Source: Macrostomum lignano (Eukaryota). From it: a stretch of 64,000 bases of DNA. The notes below the pieces were generated by a model. It was not told where the DNA came from. It worked only from the letters and a program-made list of their open reading frames with translations, and made no database searches. This document shows positions 37,326-63,485 of the stretch, piece by piece (the stretch's first letter is position 1; each line of letters starts with the position of its first letter). The stretch is from assembly GCA_002269645.1 (NCBI GenBank), contig NIVC01000237.1, positions 62,001 through 126,000 on the forward strand, written 5' to 3'. The translations under genes were made by a program, and so were the position numbers.

Positions 37326-38457
37326 AAATCCTGCTGTTCAATTGGAGACCTGGTTACGGCACCTAACCGTCCCTCCCCTCTGTCGTACCCTTATTATGAA
37401 TAAATGCTCGTTTTAACTATGCAGTACATGGATCTGTAAGTGGTAGTAAGCCGCGTATGCAAACCATAATTATTGCTTATTATTGCTTGGATCGTAAAAT
37501 TTATTCAACTTTTTTGTAATACAATAATATATTAATTATTGTTGTGTAAAAAATAGTTGTTTCTCTGTTTGCTCTGCTATCCTCTAGTCGACTTCGTGTG
37601 TTGGCAGTTCATCAATCCCTCCTCCACCCACCCACACGTGTGCTCTGGTTGGTTGTCACTCCGTTACACTAATTAGTATCATAAACGATGTGTTAATTAA
37701 TAATACTGTCTTTGTTATTAATATCCAAACTATTCCCTAGGAAATTAGCGAATCTCTATTTTTGTGGAATCTCTGAAATTCTGATTCAGCACAAGCTGTG
37801 TGGGTCAAATCGATGTTTTGCTTGAACTCGATGTATTGAGAATTTTTTAGTGACCTGTTTTTAGTTTTTCAAAACAAATGAGAATAAATGGCTTGCGTCT
37901 GTCGCTAAATTTGTTAATTGTTTCTATATGATTAGCCGATGAGCTTGGGATAAGCAAAGAAATATTCATCGTTTTGTTGCGTAATCATGTAATCCTTTCC
38001 CCCAAAGTTCCCATAAAAACTCCGTGTTTTTTTGCTCTGTGTGTCTCTCTGTTTCCTTTTGTTTTTTTTTGAATTGTTATAATCGACCTAGTTGGTCGAT
38101 GGTCTTTTTCTAATGAAACGCAACACACACACACACACACACACACCAAGTGCAAATATATGAATATAAATATATATCCTTAACATTTTATAAGCGTGTA
38201 TGTGAGGGGGATTTTAAGTACAAGTCGCTCTCGCATTGTCCCGACCATAAAATTCTTTATTTGAAAAAATTCAATTAATAGTTGGTCTTGCCTTCTTTGC
38301 TTGTTGCTATTTTATTTTCAATTAGATCTCTTTATTTAGCTAGCCGGATAGTTCTAATTGCTCGAACAGGCTCCCAATCTAAGGCAATCTAAGGTACCCG
38401 GGATTGCCTACTGAATAGTAGCAATGAAAGGATTTTAATGGAATATACTGTATTGTA

Positions 38458-39756
38458 CGAGGGTCAGTCAAAAAGTAATGATAATTTTGTTGTACCGCCT
38501 AAAATATTAGAGTTATTGAACTGCAACTGGTTTCATTTGAAAAAACATCTTTTGATCTTTATTTGACAGAGTTTTGGTTCTTCTAAAGTGATTGATGCCT
38601 GCATGGTGACACTCTAATCACAGTATATCCTTTAAGCAATGGAAAATTCAAAAATCGAAGCTCGTACTAACGTGACATTTCTTGTATAGCTTGGTTGGAA
38701 GCCAGCCAAAATCATTGACGCTTTGAAGAAGGTCTATGGGGACATTGCTCCACTAGATCCAACCATTTACTGCTGGATTCAGGCTTTTAAGGAAGGCCGA
38801 GAGTCCACGGAAGACGCCCAGCGGTCGGGAAGGCCTACAACATCGCGCACAGGGGAAAATGTGGTAGCTGTGCAGCCAGTGATTGAGCTGGATCGGCGCG
38901 TGACCATAGACAATATTGCTGAAAAAGTGGGCATTGCTCATGCCAGTGCTCACTCCATTGTGATGGACTATCTTGGTCTGAGCAAGCTGAGTGCTTGCTG
39001 GGTCCCGCGGCTGTTGCGGCCTGAACACTGGGTTCAATGCACTGAGTGCGCCATAAACCTGCTGAACCGCTTGGACGCTGATTCAGAAAACAGTTACCAG
39101 CGCTTAGTGACCGGGGATGAAACATGAATATTTCAATACAATCCCGAGTCCAAGGTCCAAACCAAGGAGTGGCTGCCACGAGATTCAGCAGGCCCCAAGA
39201 AGTTCCATTCGGAATGGTCTGCAGCGAAGGTCTTGGCGACAATTCTCTGGGATGTTGAGGGAGTGGTGACGGTGGACTTCTTGGAAAGCCAGAAGACCAT
39301 CAATGCCACCTATTATGAGTCGCTTCTGTAAAAGCTCCGCACCGAACTGGCCAAAAAGCAACATGGCAAGTTGCACCTTGGGATTTTCTTTCACCATGAC
39401 AATGCACCAGCTCACACTTCTCGGCTCTGCCATGAAGCCCTGCGAGATTTCTGCTGGGAAATCCTCCAGCATCCTCCATATAGCCCTGGTTTGGCTCTTT
39501 CGGACTTTTTTTGCTTCCCAAGCTGAAGGAAGCAATCAAAGGAGTCCAAGATGAGGACAAAGAGGCTGCCAAAAAGGCTACTGTACAGTGGCTTGCTGCA
39601 CAGCCTCCTGAGTTCTACGCAAACGGCCTGGAGAGATGGCGACACTGCATGGAGAAGTGCCTGACCCTGGAGGGGGACTATGTTGAAAAGTAGATTTCCA
39701 TTTAAAGTTTGAGACTCGTGAGAACAAAATTATCATTACTTTTTGACTGACCCTCG
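38458..39756 (+). mobile_element. Full-length mariner element (1299 bp), probably irritans-like
   Basis: Perfect 34-bp TIRs CGAGGGTCAGTCAAAAAGTAATGATAATTTTGTT with TA duplications at 38456-38457 and 39757-39758. Confidence 0.95.
38639..39693 (+). pseudogene. Inactivated mariner D,D34D transposase
   Basis: Motifs WVPRLL, VTGDET, HHDNA and YSP(G)LA.SDF. Premature stops at 38687, 39125 and 39329, and a frameshift near 39510. Confidence 0.93.
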
Positions 39757-39879
39757 TATGTAGAAATGATGATACTGTAGAGAAGTTAAAGCGAGACAAT
39801 CTAAATTGAGTTAAAAATCAACATTAAAGTAAAAAAGTAAATAAAAACGGCAGTGTATTTATAAGACATTAACGGGAGG

Positions 39880-40310
39880 GGTTTGAGTGCTGATAAGAAA
39901 AGGCGGAGTGGAGTGCGCGACTAAAGAAAGAGGCGAGATTGAATAGCCAATCAGAAGACAGCGAGGATAAGAAAGGCGGGAGAGGGTGGAGGCAGATAAG
40001 AAAAGGCGGGAGAGGGTGGAGGCAGATAAGAAAAGGCGGGGTGGAGTGCGCGACTATAATAATGAGAGGCGAGATTGAAGAGCCAATCAGAAGGCAGCGA
40101 GGATAAAAAAGTCGGGGGTGGAGTGCAGATAAGAAAAGGCGGGCGGAGTGCGCGACTATAATAATGAGAGGCGAGATTGAAGAGCCAATCAGAAGGCAGC
40201 GAGGATAAGAAAGTCGGGGGTGGAGTGCAGATAAGAAAAGGCGGGTGGAGTGCGCGACTATAATAATGAGAGGCGAGATTGAAGAGCCAATCAGAAGGCA
40301 GCGAGGGAGA
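39880..40310. repeat. 102-bp tandem repeat carrying CCAAT and GGCGGG boxes
   Basis: AGCCAATCAGA at 39947, 40083, 40185 and 40287 (spacing 136, 102, 102). Confidence 0.85.
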
Positions 40311-40622
40311 GAGATAAGAATAACAAGACTGAACTGGACAGAGAGGAAGAGAAAACAGACGATCGTGCAGATAAACTTAAGAAAATCGCGACATGAACAC
40401 ACCAGACACCCATTTTAAATATAACCACTCACAGAGATAAGACAGCTCCCACACCAATGCTTAATTATTGATATTTTGCCATTGCAATCGTCTAAACAAC
40501 TAGAAAAGATAAGTGACGTGTGTCTGGTTAAAATGGTTTCTCATAATCCCAGTGCAGTATGGTGAGTCATTGCTCTACTTATGCTTAGAGTACGTGCACA
40601 TGTACATATGTGCATGCACGTG

Positions 40623-49069
<8,447 letters not shown>

Positions 49070-49804
49070 CTGGAGCGTCTTCATTGAAATTCAAACTAGC
49101 TCGTATAGCCATTTTCTGCAAAAGAATTTTGCTACAATTTTAAGCATGATTTCGCATGCGATCGCGAGAGCTTTCTACTTTGCTGTGTTGCGACAAAAGA
49201 CAGAGAAAAGAGACAAGATGCAGGAGCACACGAGGCTTTGAGTAGCAGACAAGGCAGGTTAAGCAAGTTTTTGTAGCAATCTGTACGTCTGCACCTGAGG
49301 TTGGCATGGGTGAGATGCGACTCACTCACTGGCCTGACACGATGTGAGCAGCGGTAGGGAAGACACACACACACACACACACATAGCTCGTAAGTAGCAG
49401 ACAGACAATGAAACCATCTGCATATGCAGTTATAATAATTGACTGCCACAGTAAAAATTGTTTATCAATTTACCAAACATTTTTACTTACATAAAAGATC
49501 GCGAAAATTAAGAATTGGTATAGAAAAAATTGACAAAACCGAATATGAGCTGACAGTTGACTTGGTTGCTAGTTTAAGTTGAAATCGAATAGTTTTTGCT
49601 CATGCCTATTTGCACAGAGTACAAGTCAGATATTGATAAGACAGAAAGGCAGGGGCCTGTCTATATGCATTTTCTGCCTTCGCCGATTGCATAAATTCAT
49701 GCAGGTAGAGAGAAGATTACTGGGTGGGACAGGCAGATCGGAAGAGTAAGAGTGAGATAAAGGAGAAAGAGAGGGGGTCGTCTCACAAGCTCGAAACTTC
49801 ACGA

Positions 49805-50230
49805 GGGAGAGAGAGGAAGAGGGAGAGAGGGGGAGTGAGAGAGAGGGAGAGAGAGGGAGAGAGAGGGAGGGAGAGAGAGTGTGAGGGAGCGAGAGGGAGG
49901 GAGAGAGAGGGAGAGAGAGGGAGAGAGAGGAGGGAGCGAGAGAGAGGGAGAGAGAGGGAGGGAGAGGGAGAGAGAGGGGGGGTGAGAGAGAGGGGGGAGA
50001 GAGAGAGGGGGAGGGACAGAGAGGGAGAGAGAGGGGATGGAGAGAGAGGGAGAAAGAGAGGGAGGAGGGAGAGAGAGGGAGGGAGAGATAGGGAAGGAGA
50101 GAGGAAGGGAGAGAGAGGGAGAGAGAGGGAAAGAGAGGGGGAGCGGGAGAGAGAGGGAGACAGAGGGAGGGAGAGGTAGGGATAGAGAGGGAGGGAGAGG
50201 TAGGGAGAGAGTGGGAGAAAGGGAGGGACT
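49805..50230. repeat. GA-rich low-complexity tract
   Basis: Read directly from the sequence. Confidence 0.93.
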
Positions 50231-50739
50231 GAAAGGTCAGTTTTAATGGTACAGATTTTTCTTTTACTCCAATTAAAAGATCAAATATCAAATCAGGGCC
50301 TTCGTGCTTGGATTCCTGAATTTTTACCTAAACTGGGTAAAAGTGCAGACAGTTATTATACTACCGATATGTTTTGTAAACAATTTAATGCACTATTAGT
50401 TGAAATTGGGACGAAAACTGGCTCTCAAGCTAGATTCAGCTCATGATTTAATTATTTTTTCATGGTCTCGTAAATTACAGTTACACGTTGCTGATTGCAC
50501 TACTAACTTTAGTAAAATGCCAAAAATATGCTGAAGATCAACTCACCAGTTGGATGGAAGATATTTTAGCTATATGAGTGACACACACACTCGTTGCATG
50601 GCTTGGGGGTTAGCGCCCATGGGCGAGAACCGTAGGCTCCAAATGAATGCGGAATCGAACCCATGAAACACTGGCGCATGAAAGTCAGCTGCTTAACGGT
50701 TTTGCCTGCAACGTAGCAAATGGATTGAATCTGCTGTTT

Positions 50740-50860
50740 TGTGATTGGCTGAGATCTATAAGGGAGACAGGCAGAGGCCTTGAAAGATGCTGCTGTTTTT
50801 AATCTCACTCGGGTTCTCTTGCGGCTTGAATTGCCTTAGTAGCGAAGAAGCCCAATCAAA
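50740..50860. promoter_or_regulatory. Candidate promoter with opposite-strand CCAAT boxes
   Basis: GATTGGCTG near 50742 and CCCAATC near 50851, 100-200 nt upstream of the DEG/ENaC ATG. Confidence 0.3.
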
Positions 50861-50949
50861 GGTCGATATTCAGCAGCTAGAAGGCCGAGGCCGAGCTCCT
50901 CTTACCGGCAGCTAATTGCATCGAAGTCAGTCTCAGGACAGCAGCAGTC

Positions 50950-56288
<5,339 letters not shown>

Positions 56289-56726
56289 AGTGTCAGCGTC
56301 TACCCCGCTGGAAACGTCGGCGGCGTCAGGAACCGTCGGGACAGTCGGAGAGGCGGACGAGAGCGCCGGCGGCGCGGAGCTGTTCAGCCTGCTGTGACGG
56401 ATTTGCTCGCTTTGAGCTGAACTGCTGAGCTGATTGAGCTCGGGTCTTGGCTCTTGAGTCAGGGGCGTAGCCGAGATGAGGGTCAAGGGGGCCGCGCCCC
56501 CACCTAAAAGGTGCTGGCGCCCCTTTGTGCTGGCGCTGGCGCTCCTGGCCCAAATTAAATGTGATGGCTCCCCTATGAAAAATGTTCATGGCTATTCTCT
56601 TGATTCTATTGGCAGTTAGCAGCAGTTTTCGCTAGAATAAAAGCGTACAGTTACAGTTGGAGAGACGAGAGGGGGGAGAAACAGAGAGAGATAGATAAAG
56701 AATAATTTTAGAGGAGAGAGAAGTGT

Positions 56727-56880
56727 GATTAGATGAAGAGATGGGTGAGACAGGATAAAGTGAGGAAGGCGATTAGATGAAGAGATGGGTGAGACAGGAT
56801 AAAGTGAGGAAGGCGATTAGATGAAGAGATGGGTGAGACAGGATAAAGTGAGGAAGGCGATTAGATGAAGAAATGGGTGA
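56727..56880. repeat. 44-bp tandem repeat, about 3.5 copies
   Basis: Unit GATTAGATGAAGAGATGGGTGAGACAGGATAAAGTGAGGAAGGC. Confidence 0.9.
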
Positions 56881-57463
56881 GACGATACAGTGAGGAGGGA
56901 GACTAGATGGAGAGATGGGAGAGACAGGATGGAGAAATGCGAGAGGGAAGGAGAAGAGAGAAAGAAAAGGGTGATAGACAAACTAAGAGGAAAGGGAGCA
57001 GAGATAGTCAAGAGCAAGGCAAGCGATTGGGATTATATATTGCATAAGTCTGCTATCCGTCTAGCGTGGTCCCCCCGAGCACAGAAATTTACGTCGTATT
57101 AATTAATTCCTACCGATGCCGCCCAATAAAGATTTCTTTTATATAATATATTGACGTATAATTATGCGCTAAATTTCGGATCGCACTTCAACGAGAGTTT
57201 GGAGCAGTCGTTTTGTTGCCAATATTAATCTTCACAGGCCACTATAAGTCTGCCTTCTTATAGCTAGGGCAGGGTGACTCTCAGATGGCAGGCTAGGGGG
57301 GGAGTGACGTCTATATTTTACAACTCAGGGGGGCGGGGCAACTCCGGCCTGGGGACCATATGCGGCCCGCCAAGCCTCTTTATCCAGCCCCCGGGTCCTT
57401 TGAAACTTCATAGCAATCCGTCCCACTCAAGGTTTGTGGCTCCCTCACGAGCGAGCGTATTTC

Positions 57464-60015
57464 CTCTCCTCTCCCTTCTCTCCTCTCCTCTCCCTTCTCT
57501 CCTCTCTTCTCCCTTCTCTCCTCTCTTCTCCCTTCTCTCCTCTCCTCTCCCTTCTCTCCTCTCCTCTCCCTTCTCTCCTCTCCTCTCCCTTCTCTCCTCT
57601 CCTCTCCCTTCTCTCCTCTCCTCTCCCTTCTCTCCTCTCCTCTCCCTTCTCTCCTCTCCTCTCCCTTCTCTCCTCTCCTCTCCCTTCTCTCCTCTCCTCT
57701 CCCTTCTCTCCTCTCCTCTCCCTTCTCTCCTCTCCTCTCCCTTCTCTCCTCTCCTCTCCCTTCTCTCCTCTCCACTCCCTTCTCTCCTCTCCTCTCCCTT
57801 CTCTCCTCTCCTCTCCCTTCTCTCCTCTCCTCTCCCTTCTCTCCTCTCCTCTCCCTTCTCTCCTCTCCTCTCCCTTCTCTCCTCTCCTCTCCCTTCTCTC
57901 CTCTCCTCTCCCTTCTCTCCTCTCCTCTCCCTTCTCTCCTCTCCTCTCCCTTCTCTCCTCTCCTCTCCCTTCTCTCCTCTCCTCTCCCTTCTCTCCTCTC
58001 CTCTCCCTTCTCTCCTCTCCTCTCCCTTCTCTCCTCTCCTCTCCCTTCTCTCCTCTCCTCTCCCTTCTCTCCTCTCCTCTTCCTTCTCTCCTCTCCTCTC
58101 CCTTCTCCCCTTTCCCTTCTCTCCTATTCCTTCTCTCCTCTCTTCTCCCTTCTCTTCCTCTCCTCTTCCTTCTCTCCTCTCCTCTCCCTTCTCTCCTCTC
58201 CTCTCCCTTCTCTCCTCTCTCCCTTCTCTCCTCTCCTCTCCCTTCTCTCCTCTCCTCTCCCTTCTCTCCTCTCCTCTCCCTTCTCTCCTCTCCTCTCCCT
58301 TCTCTCCTCTCCTCTCCCTTCTCTCCTCTCCTCTCCCTTCTCTCCTCTCCTCTCCCTTCTCTCCTCTCCTCTCCTCTCCCTTCTCTCCTCTCTTCTCCCT
58401 TCTCCCCTTTCCCTTCTCTTCCTCTCCTCTTCCTTCTCTCCTCTCCTCTCCCTTCTCCCCTTTCCCTTCTCTCCTCTTCCTTCTCTCCTCTCTTCTCCCT
58501 TCTCTTCCTCTCCTCTTCCTTCTCTCCTCTCCTCTCCCTTCTCTCCTCTCCTCTCCCTTCTCTCCTCTCCTCTCCCTTCTCTCCTCTCCTCTCCCTTCTC
58601 TCCTCTCCTCTCCCTTCTCTCCTCTCCACTCCCTTCTCTCCTCTCCTCTCCCTTCTCTCCTCTCCTCTCCCTTCTCTCCTCTCCTCTCCCTTCTCTCCTC
58701 TCCTCTCCCTTCTCTCCTCTCCTCTCCCTTCTCTCCTCTCCTCTCCCTTCTCTCCTCTCCTCTCCCTTCTCTCCTCTCCTCTCCCTTCTCTCCTCTCCTC
58801 TCCCTTCTCTCCTCTCCTCTCCCTTCTCTCCTCTCCTCTCCCTTCTCTCCTCTCCTCTCCTCTCCCTTCTCTCCTCTCTTCTCCCTTCTCCCCTTTCCCT
58901 TCTCTTCCTCTCCTCTTCCTTCTCTCCTCTCCTCTCCCTTCTCCCCTTTCCCTTCTCTCCTCTTCCTTCTCTCCTCTCTTCTCCCTTCTCTTCCTCTCCT
59001 CTTCCTTCTCTCCTCTCCTCTCCCTTCTCCCCTTTCCCTTCTCTCCTCTTCCTTCTCTCCTCTCTTCTCCCTTCTCTCCTCTTCTCTCCCCTTTCCCTTC
59101 TCTCCTCTTTTCTCCCTTCTCTCCTCTCTTCTCCCTTCTCCCCTTTCCCTTCTCTTCCTCTCCTCTTCCTTCTCTCCTCTCCTTCCCCTTCTCCCCTTTC
59201 CCTTCTCTCCTCTTCCTTCTCTCCTCTCTTCTCCCTTCTCTCCTCTTCTCTCCCCTTTCCCTTCTCTCCTCTTTTCTCCCTTCTCTCCTCTCTTCTCCCT
59301 TCTCTCCTCCCCTCTCCCTTCTCTCCTCTCTTCTCCCTTCTCTCCTCCCCTCTCCCTTCTCTCCTCTCTTCTCCCTTCTCTTCCTCTCCTCTTCCTTCTC
59401 TCCTCTCCTCTCCCTTCTCCCCTTTCCCTTCTCTCCTCTTCCTTCTCTCCTCTCTTCTCCCTTCTCTCCTCTTCTCTCCCCTTTCCCTTCTCTCCTCTCT
59501 TCTCCCTTCTCTCCTCCCCTCTCCCTTCTCTCCTCTCTTCTCCCTTCTCTCCTCCCCTCTCCCTTCTCTCCTCTCTTCTCCCTTCTCTACTCCCCTCTCC
59601 CTTCTCTCCTCTCTTCTCCCTTCTCTCCTCCCTCTCCCTTCTCTCCTCTCTTCTCCCTTCTCTACTCCCCTCTCCCTTCTCTCCTCTCTTCTCCCTTCTC
59701 TCCTCCCCTCTCCCTTCTCTCCTCTCTTCTCCCTTCTCTCCTCCCCTCTCCCTTCTCTCCTCTCTTCTCCCTTCTCTACTCCCCTCTCCCTTCTCTCCTC
59801 TCTTCTCCCTTCTCTCCTCCCCTCTCCCTTCTCTCCTCTCTTCTCCCTTCTCTCCTCCCCTCTCCCTTCTCTCCTCCCTTCTCCCTTCTCTCCTCTCTTC
59901 TCCCTTCTCTACTCTCCTCTCCCGTGTCTCCCCTCCCTTTTCTCCTCTCTCGTCTTCTCTCTCTCCTTTCCATTCTCTCCTCTCCCTTTTCTTCCCCTCT
60001 ATTCTAATATTCTCT
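57464..60015. repeat. About 2.5-kb polypyrimidine minisatellite (19-bp TCTCCTCTCCCTTCTCTCC and variants)
   Basis: Read directly from the sequence. Confidence 0.97.
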
Positions 60016-60119
60016 CTCCCCTCCTCTGGCCGGCAGTCATGCACTAGATTCTCTATCAGGCCCTTGAGGTAAAAAGTTTGCCAAAGCTTATTTTACATGA
60101 ATAGAAAGTTGAGCACCTC

Positions 60120-60121
<2 letters not shown>

Positions 60122-60183
<62 letters not shown>
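60122..60183. repeat. (GT)n microsatellite
   Basis: Read directly from the sequence. Confidence 0.97.
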
Positions 60184-60185
<2 letters not shown>

Positions 60186-60639
60186 TGCTTAGTTGCTGAC
60201 ATCTACTAGCATCTAAACGCTCGTATTACTCGCAGTAGTAGATTATTATACGAGTAACTTAAGCTGGGCGGCAGATGTGCAGCGGGCTGGGGGGGGGGCT
60301 GCATGGCTGGCATATCCTATTCATTTGGACTGACATCTGCTAGAGATTACATGCAGAGCAGCCATTGCCGCAGCTTGTGAGGCTTGGTGTCCAGTTTCAA
60401 TACGAAATGATGCTCATAAGACTAAGCATTTCGAGTCAATGATGCGTTTAGGAACTGGCTCCAGGCTATGAAACTCCCAGAGCTCATTTTACTCAGTGAG
60501 ACTTGATTGGGCTTGATTTTGATGAACTTGATCAGTGAATAGTCTACATAATGTTAGATTAGACTAGGTTAGACTAGATGACACAAGATGAGATTAGATT
60601 ATACAAGATTAAGACTTAGTTTAGTTTTGACTAGATTAG

Positions 60640-61160
60640 AATTCGAGGTAGATGAGAATGGAGAAGAATAGGGTGAGAATAGATTAGCATAGCTGAAAAT
60701 AAATGGGAGTAGATGAGAATATACGAGAATTTATGAGAACATGTGAGAATAGACAAGAATGGATAATATCAAACAAGAATAGACGAGAATAGATAAGAAT
60801 GGATGACAATAGAAGAGAATAAATGGGAACAGATGAGAATACTACGTGAGAATAGATGAGAATGGATAATATTAAATGAGAATAGGTGAGAAAAGATAGT
60901 AATAGATGAGAATAAATGGGAATAGATGAGAATAGACGAGAATAGATGAGAACGGATGACAATATATGAAAATAAATGGAAATAGATGAGAATGCGTGAG
61001 AAAAAAATGAGAATAAGATGAGAATAAGATGTGATTAAGATGAGAATAGATGAGAATAGATAAGAATATATCAGAATTAGAGGAAAAATACATGAGAATA
61101 GTCAGAATAAACGAGAACAGATAAGAAAAGAAGAGAATAGATGAGAATAGATGAGAATGG
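60640..61160. repeat. Degenerate GATGAGAATA-type short satellite
   Basis: Read directly from the sequence. Confidence 0.85.
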
Positions 61161-61624
61161 ATGGGGCGACTACTATTTCACACTAGCCTAGGTTTCGTTC
61201 TACTAGCATATGCTAGTATGATAGCTATTCAACACAAATACTTTTATACTGCAAAAAAAGAAATACGGCCTCCCTTCAATTCAGTGCATTTCATTAAGCA
61301 TGGCTTGACCCCAATTCATGCATTCCAAATCTGCAGCTCTCAGTTTCCTTCTGACGAACTGCCGAGCACCGCCTCGAGTTGAGAATCAATCTCACACAGT
61401 TCGTCCATCCATCAATTCTTTTCAGAAAACGAATGCGCTAGCTTCTCCAAATCTTAAGGGCTTTGGCTAAGAATATTAATTTATAACTAAGCCTAAAGCT
61501 TGGATCTACCGGCCTTGGAATGTAGATCTGGGACTGGGACTGGGAAAAGCACATTTCATGAATATTTTATTACATGGCACATGTATAACATGTATAGTAT
61601 TCTTGTGAGAGCCAAGATGCTGTG

Positions 61625-62022
61625 TTAGAGTCAGTTTAAGGTCTTCAGTCAGTGGTTTGTCAGAGTCAGCCTGAGTTCTTCAGTCAGTGGTGTGTCAGAG
61701 TCAGCCTGAGGTGTATTCAGTCGGTGGTGTGTTAGAGTCAGTTTAAGGTCTTCAGTCAGTGGTGTGTCAGAGTCAGTCTGAGGTATTCAGTCAGTGGTGT
61801 GTCAGAGTCAGCCTGAGGTGTATTCAGTCGGTGGTGTGTCAGAGTCAGTCTGAGGTATTCAGTCAGTGATGTGTCAGAGTCAGCCTGAGGTGTATTCAGT
61901 CAGTGGTGTGTCAGAGTCAGTCTGAGGTCTTCAGTCAGTGGTGTGTCAGAGTCAGTTTGAGGTCTTCAGTCAGTGGTGTGTCAGAGTCAGTCTGAGGTCT
62001 TCAGTCAGTGGTGTGTCAGAGT
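61625..62022. repeat. 35-37-bp minisatellite (CAGTCAGTGGTGTGTCAGAGTCAGTCTGAGGTCTT)
   Basis: Read directly; there are no unique spacers. Confidence 0.93.
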
Positions 62023-62369
62023 CATAAGTCTGGTTTTATTACGGGCTCTTATCACCTTGTTAGCAAGCGCGTCAACTATTCATGCCGCCGAGACGAGAGC
62101 ATTTTAGTAACAACTCTGAGATGCTGTGGCCGCGATGCTTGGAGGCAGAGAGGAAGGCCGGAAGGGAGCCAGAGATTCATATAGATGCGCTATTATTTGC
62201 TGATTGTTCGTGACAAATAAATCCAAATACATCTAACTGCGTGAGCTGCTATCGATTATAATTCAACTACTGATAGTAGATGTGTTGCGTATTTTGATGT
62301 TTGACTTGCCAAGTAGCACGGGTTTCTATGTACAACTTTGGCAAAAAGTCATTAGAGTGAGTAGCAATA

Positions 62370-62480
62370 GGACAGGTTTGTCCCAGGTTTGTCCCAGGTT
62401 TGTCCCAGGTTTGTCCCAGCCAGGTTTGTCCCCAGGTTTGTCCCCCAGGTTTGTGCCCAGGTTCTTCCCCCAGGTTTGTC
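62370..62480. repeat. 11-12-bp repeat (CAGGTTTGTCC)
   Basis: Read directly from the sequence. Confidence 0.9.
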
Positions 62481-62861
62481 CAAGGAAATCTAATTTAGGC
62501 GGCACAAGAATAGTGGTGCAAATCTGTAAGCCCCTTTAAAACAAGGTCATAACAAACAAGGCAGATGTATAAAAACGCAACTTTTTATGCTGTACTTTAG
62601 TCTGTAAATATTGTACAGGTCAGCTATGCCGTTTGTATTGCGCTAAGATAAGCGACAAAAAATTCAGGTTGAAAAGTTTGCAAACAGTTGATTGGGAGAA
62701 GCACGCCTGTTGAAGTCTGAAGTCTGATCGCCGCGACTTCCTGGCTTGTTGAGTTGCTGAGAAATCTTTTGAGAAGGTTCATAACTTGTCTAGAGGGTTT
62801 CGAAAAATGTAAGTGAATTTTTAGCTTAAATATCATTTTTAGAGACACTACTGCATCTATT

Positions 62862-63120
62862 GAGTGTCTGGACACTGCATCTAGAGTGTCTGGACACTGC
62901 ATCTAGAGTGTCTGGACACTGCATCTAGAGTGTCTGGACACTGCATCTAGAGTGTCTGGACACTGCATCTAGAGTGTCTGGATACTGCATCTACAATGTC
63001 TGGACACTGCATCTACAATGTCTGGACACTGCATCTACAATGTCTGGACACTGCGTCTACAATGTCTGGACACTGCATCTACAATGTCTGGACACTGCGT
63101 CTAGAGAGTGTCTGGACACT
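62862..63120. repeat. 22-bp minisatellite (GTGTCTGGACACTGCATCTAGA)
   Basis: Read directly from the sequence. Confidence 0.93.
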
Positions 63121-63485
63121 ATATCTATATACAATATATAGATGCATCTTGAGAATCAAGGGACAGATTATGTGTAGAGATTTAAATGTTGAAGACATTC
63201 GTTAAGATAATCTTTAAAAATACCTTGACAATTAGGGAAGAACGCCTAAGCAGCATGGCCCAAACTTCTGAGTCAGTTTTCGTCGAAGAGTGATCAGGGA
63301 TCAATGGATTTTTCCCAGACCATTCCTATTCCGGCGGCGATAAAACCCGACCATAATCCAACTTTTCGTTGCTATGCTCCAGAGACTTTTTCAGGCGGCT
63401 TGGATGGGGAATCTCGGGATACGGGCAGGTATTTTTGTGTACAAACAATTCAAGAAATTCAATAGTCCGCCAGTCAGTCGAGTTG

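Noticed and set aside
56458-57400. CAGGGGCGTAGCC and GCGGCCCGCC hAT-like fragments (similar sequence also at about 5130-5320)
   Set aside because: Paired ends and TSDs could not be defined.
57274-60072. 800-900-aa ORFs on both strands
   Set aside because: The CT/GA satellite lacks stop codons by composition, and no protein signature is present.
61625-62022. 35-37-bp repeats as a possible CRISPR array
   Set aside because: No unique spacers, no cas genes, and a eukaryotic context.
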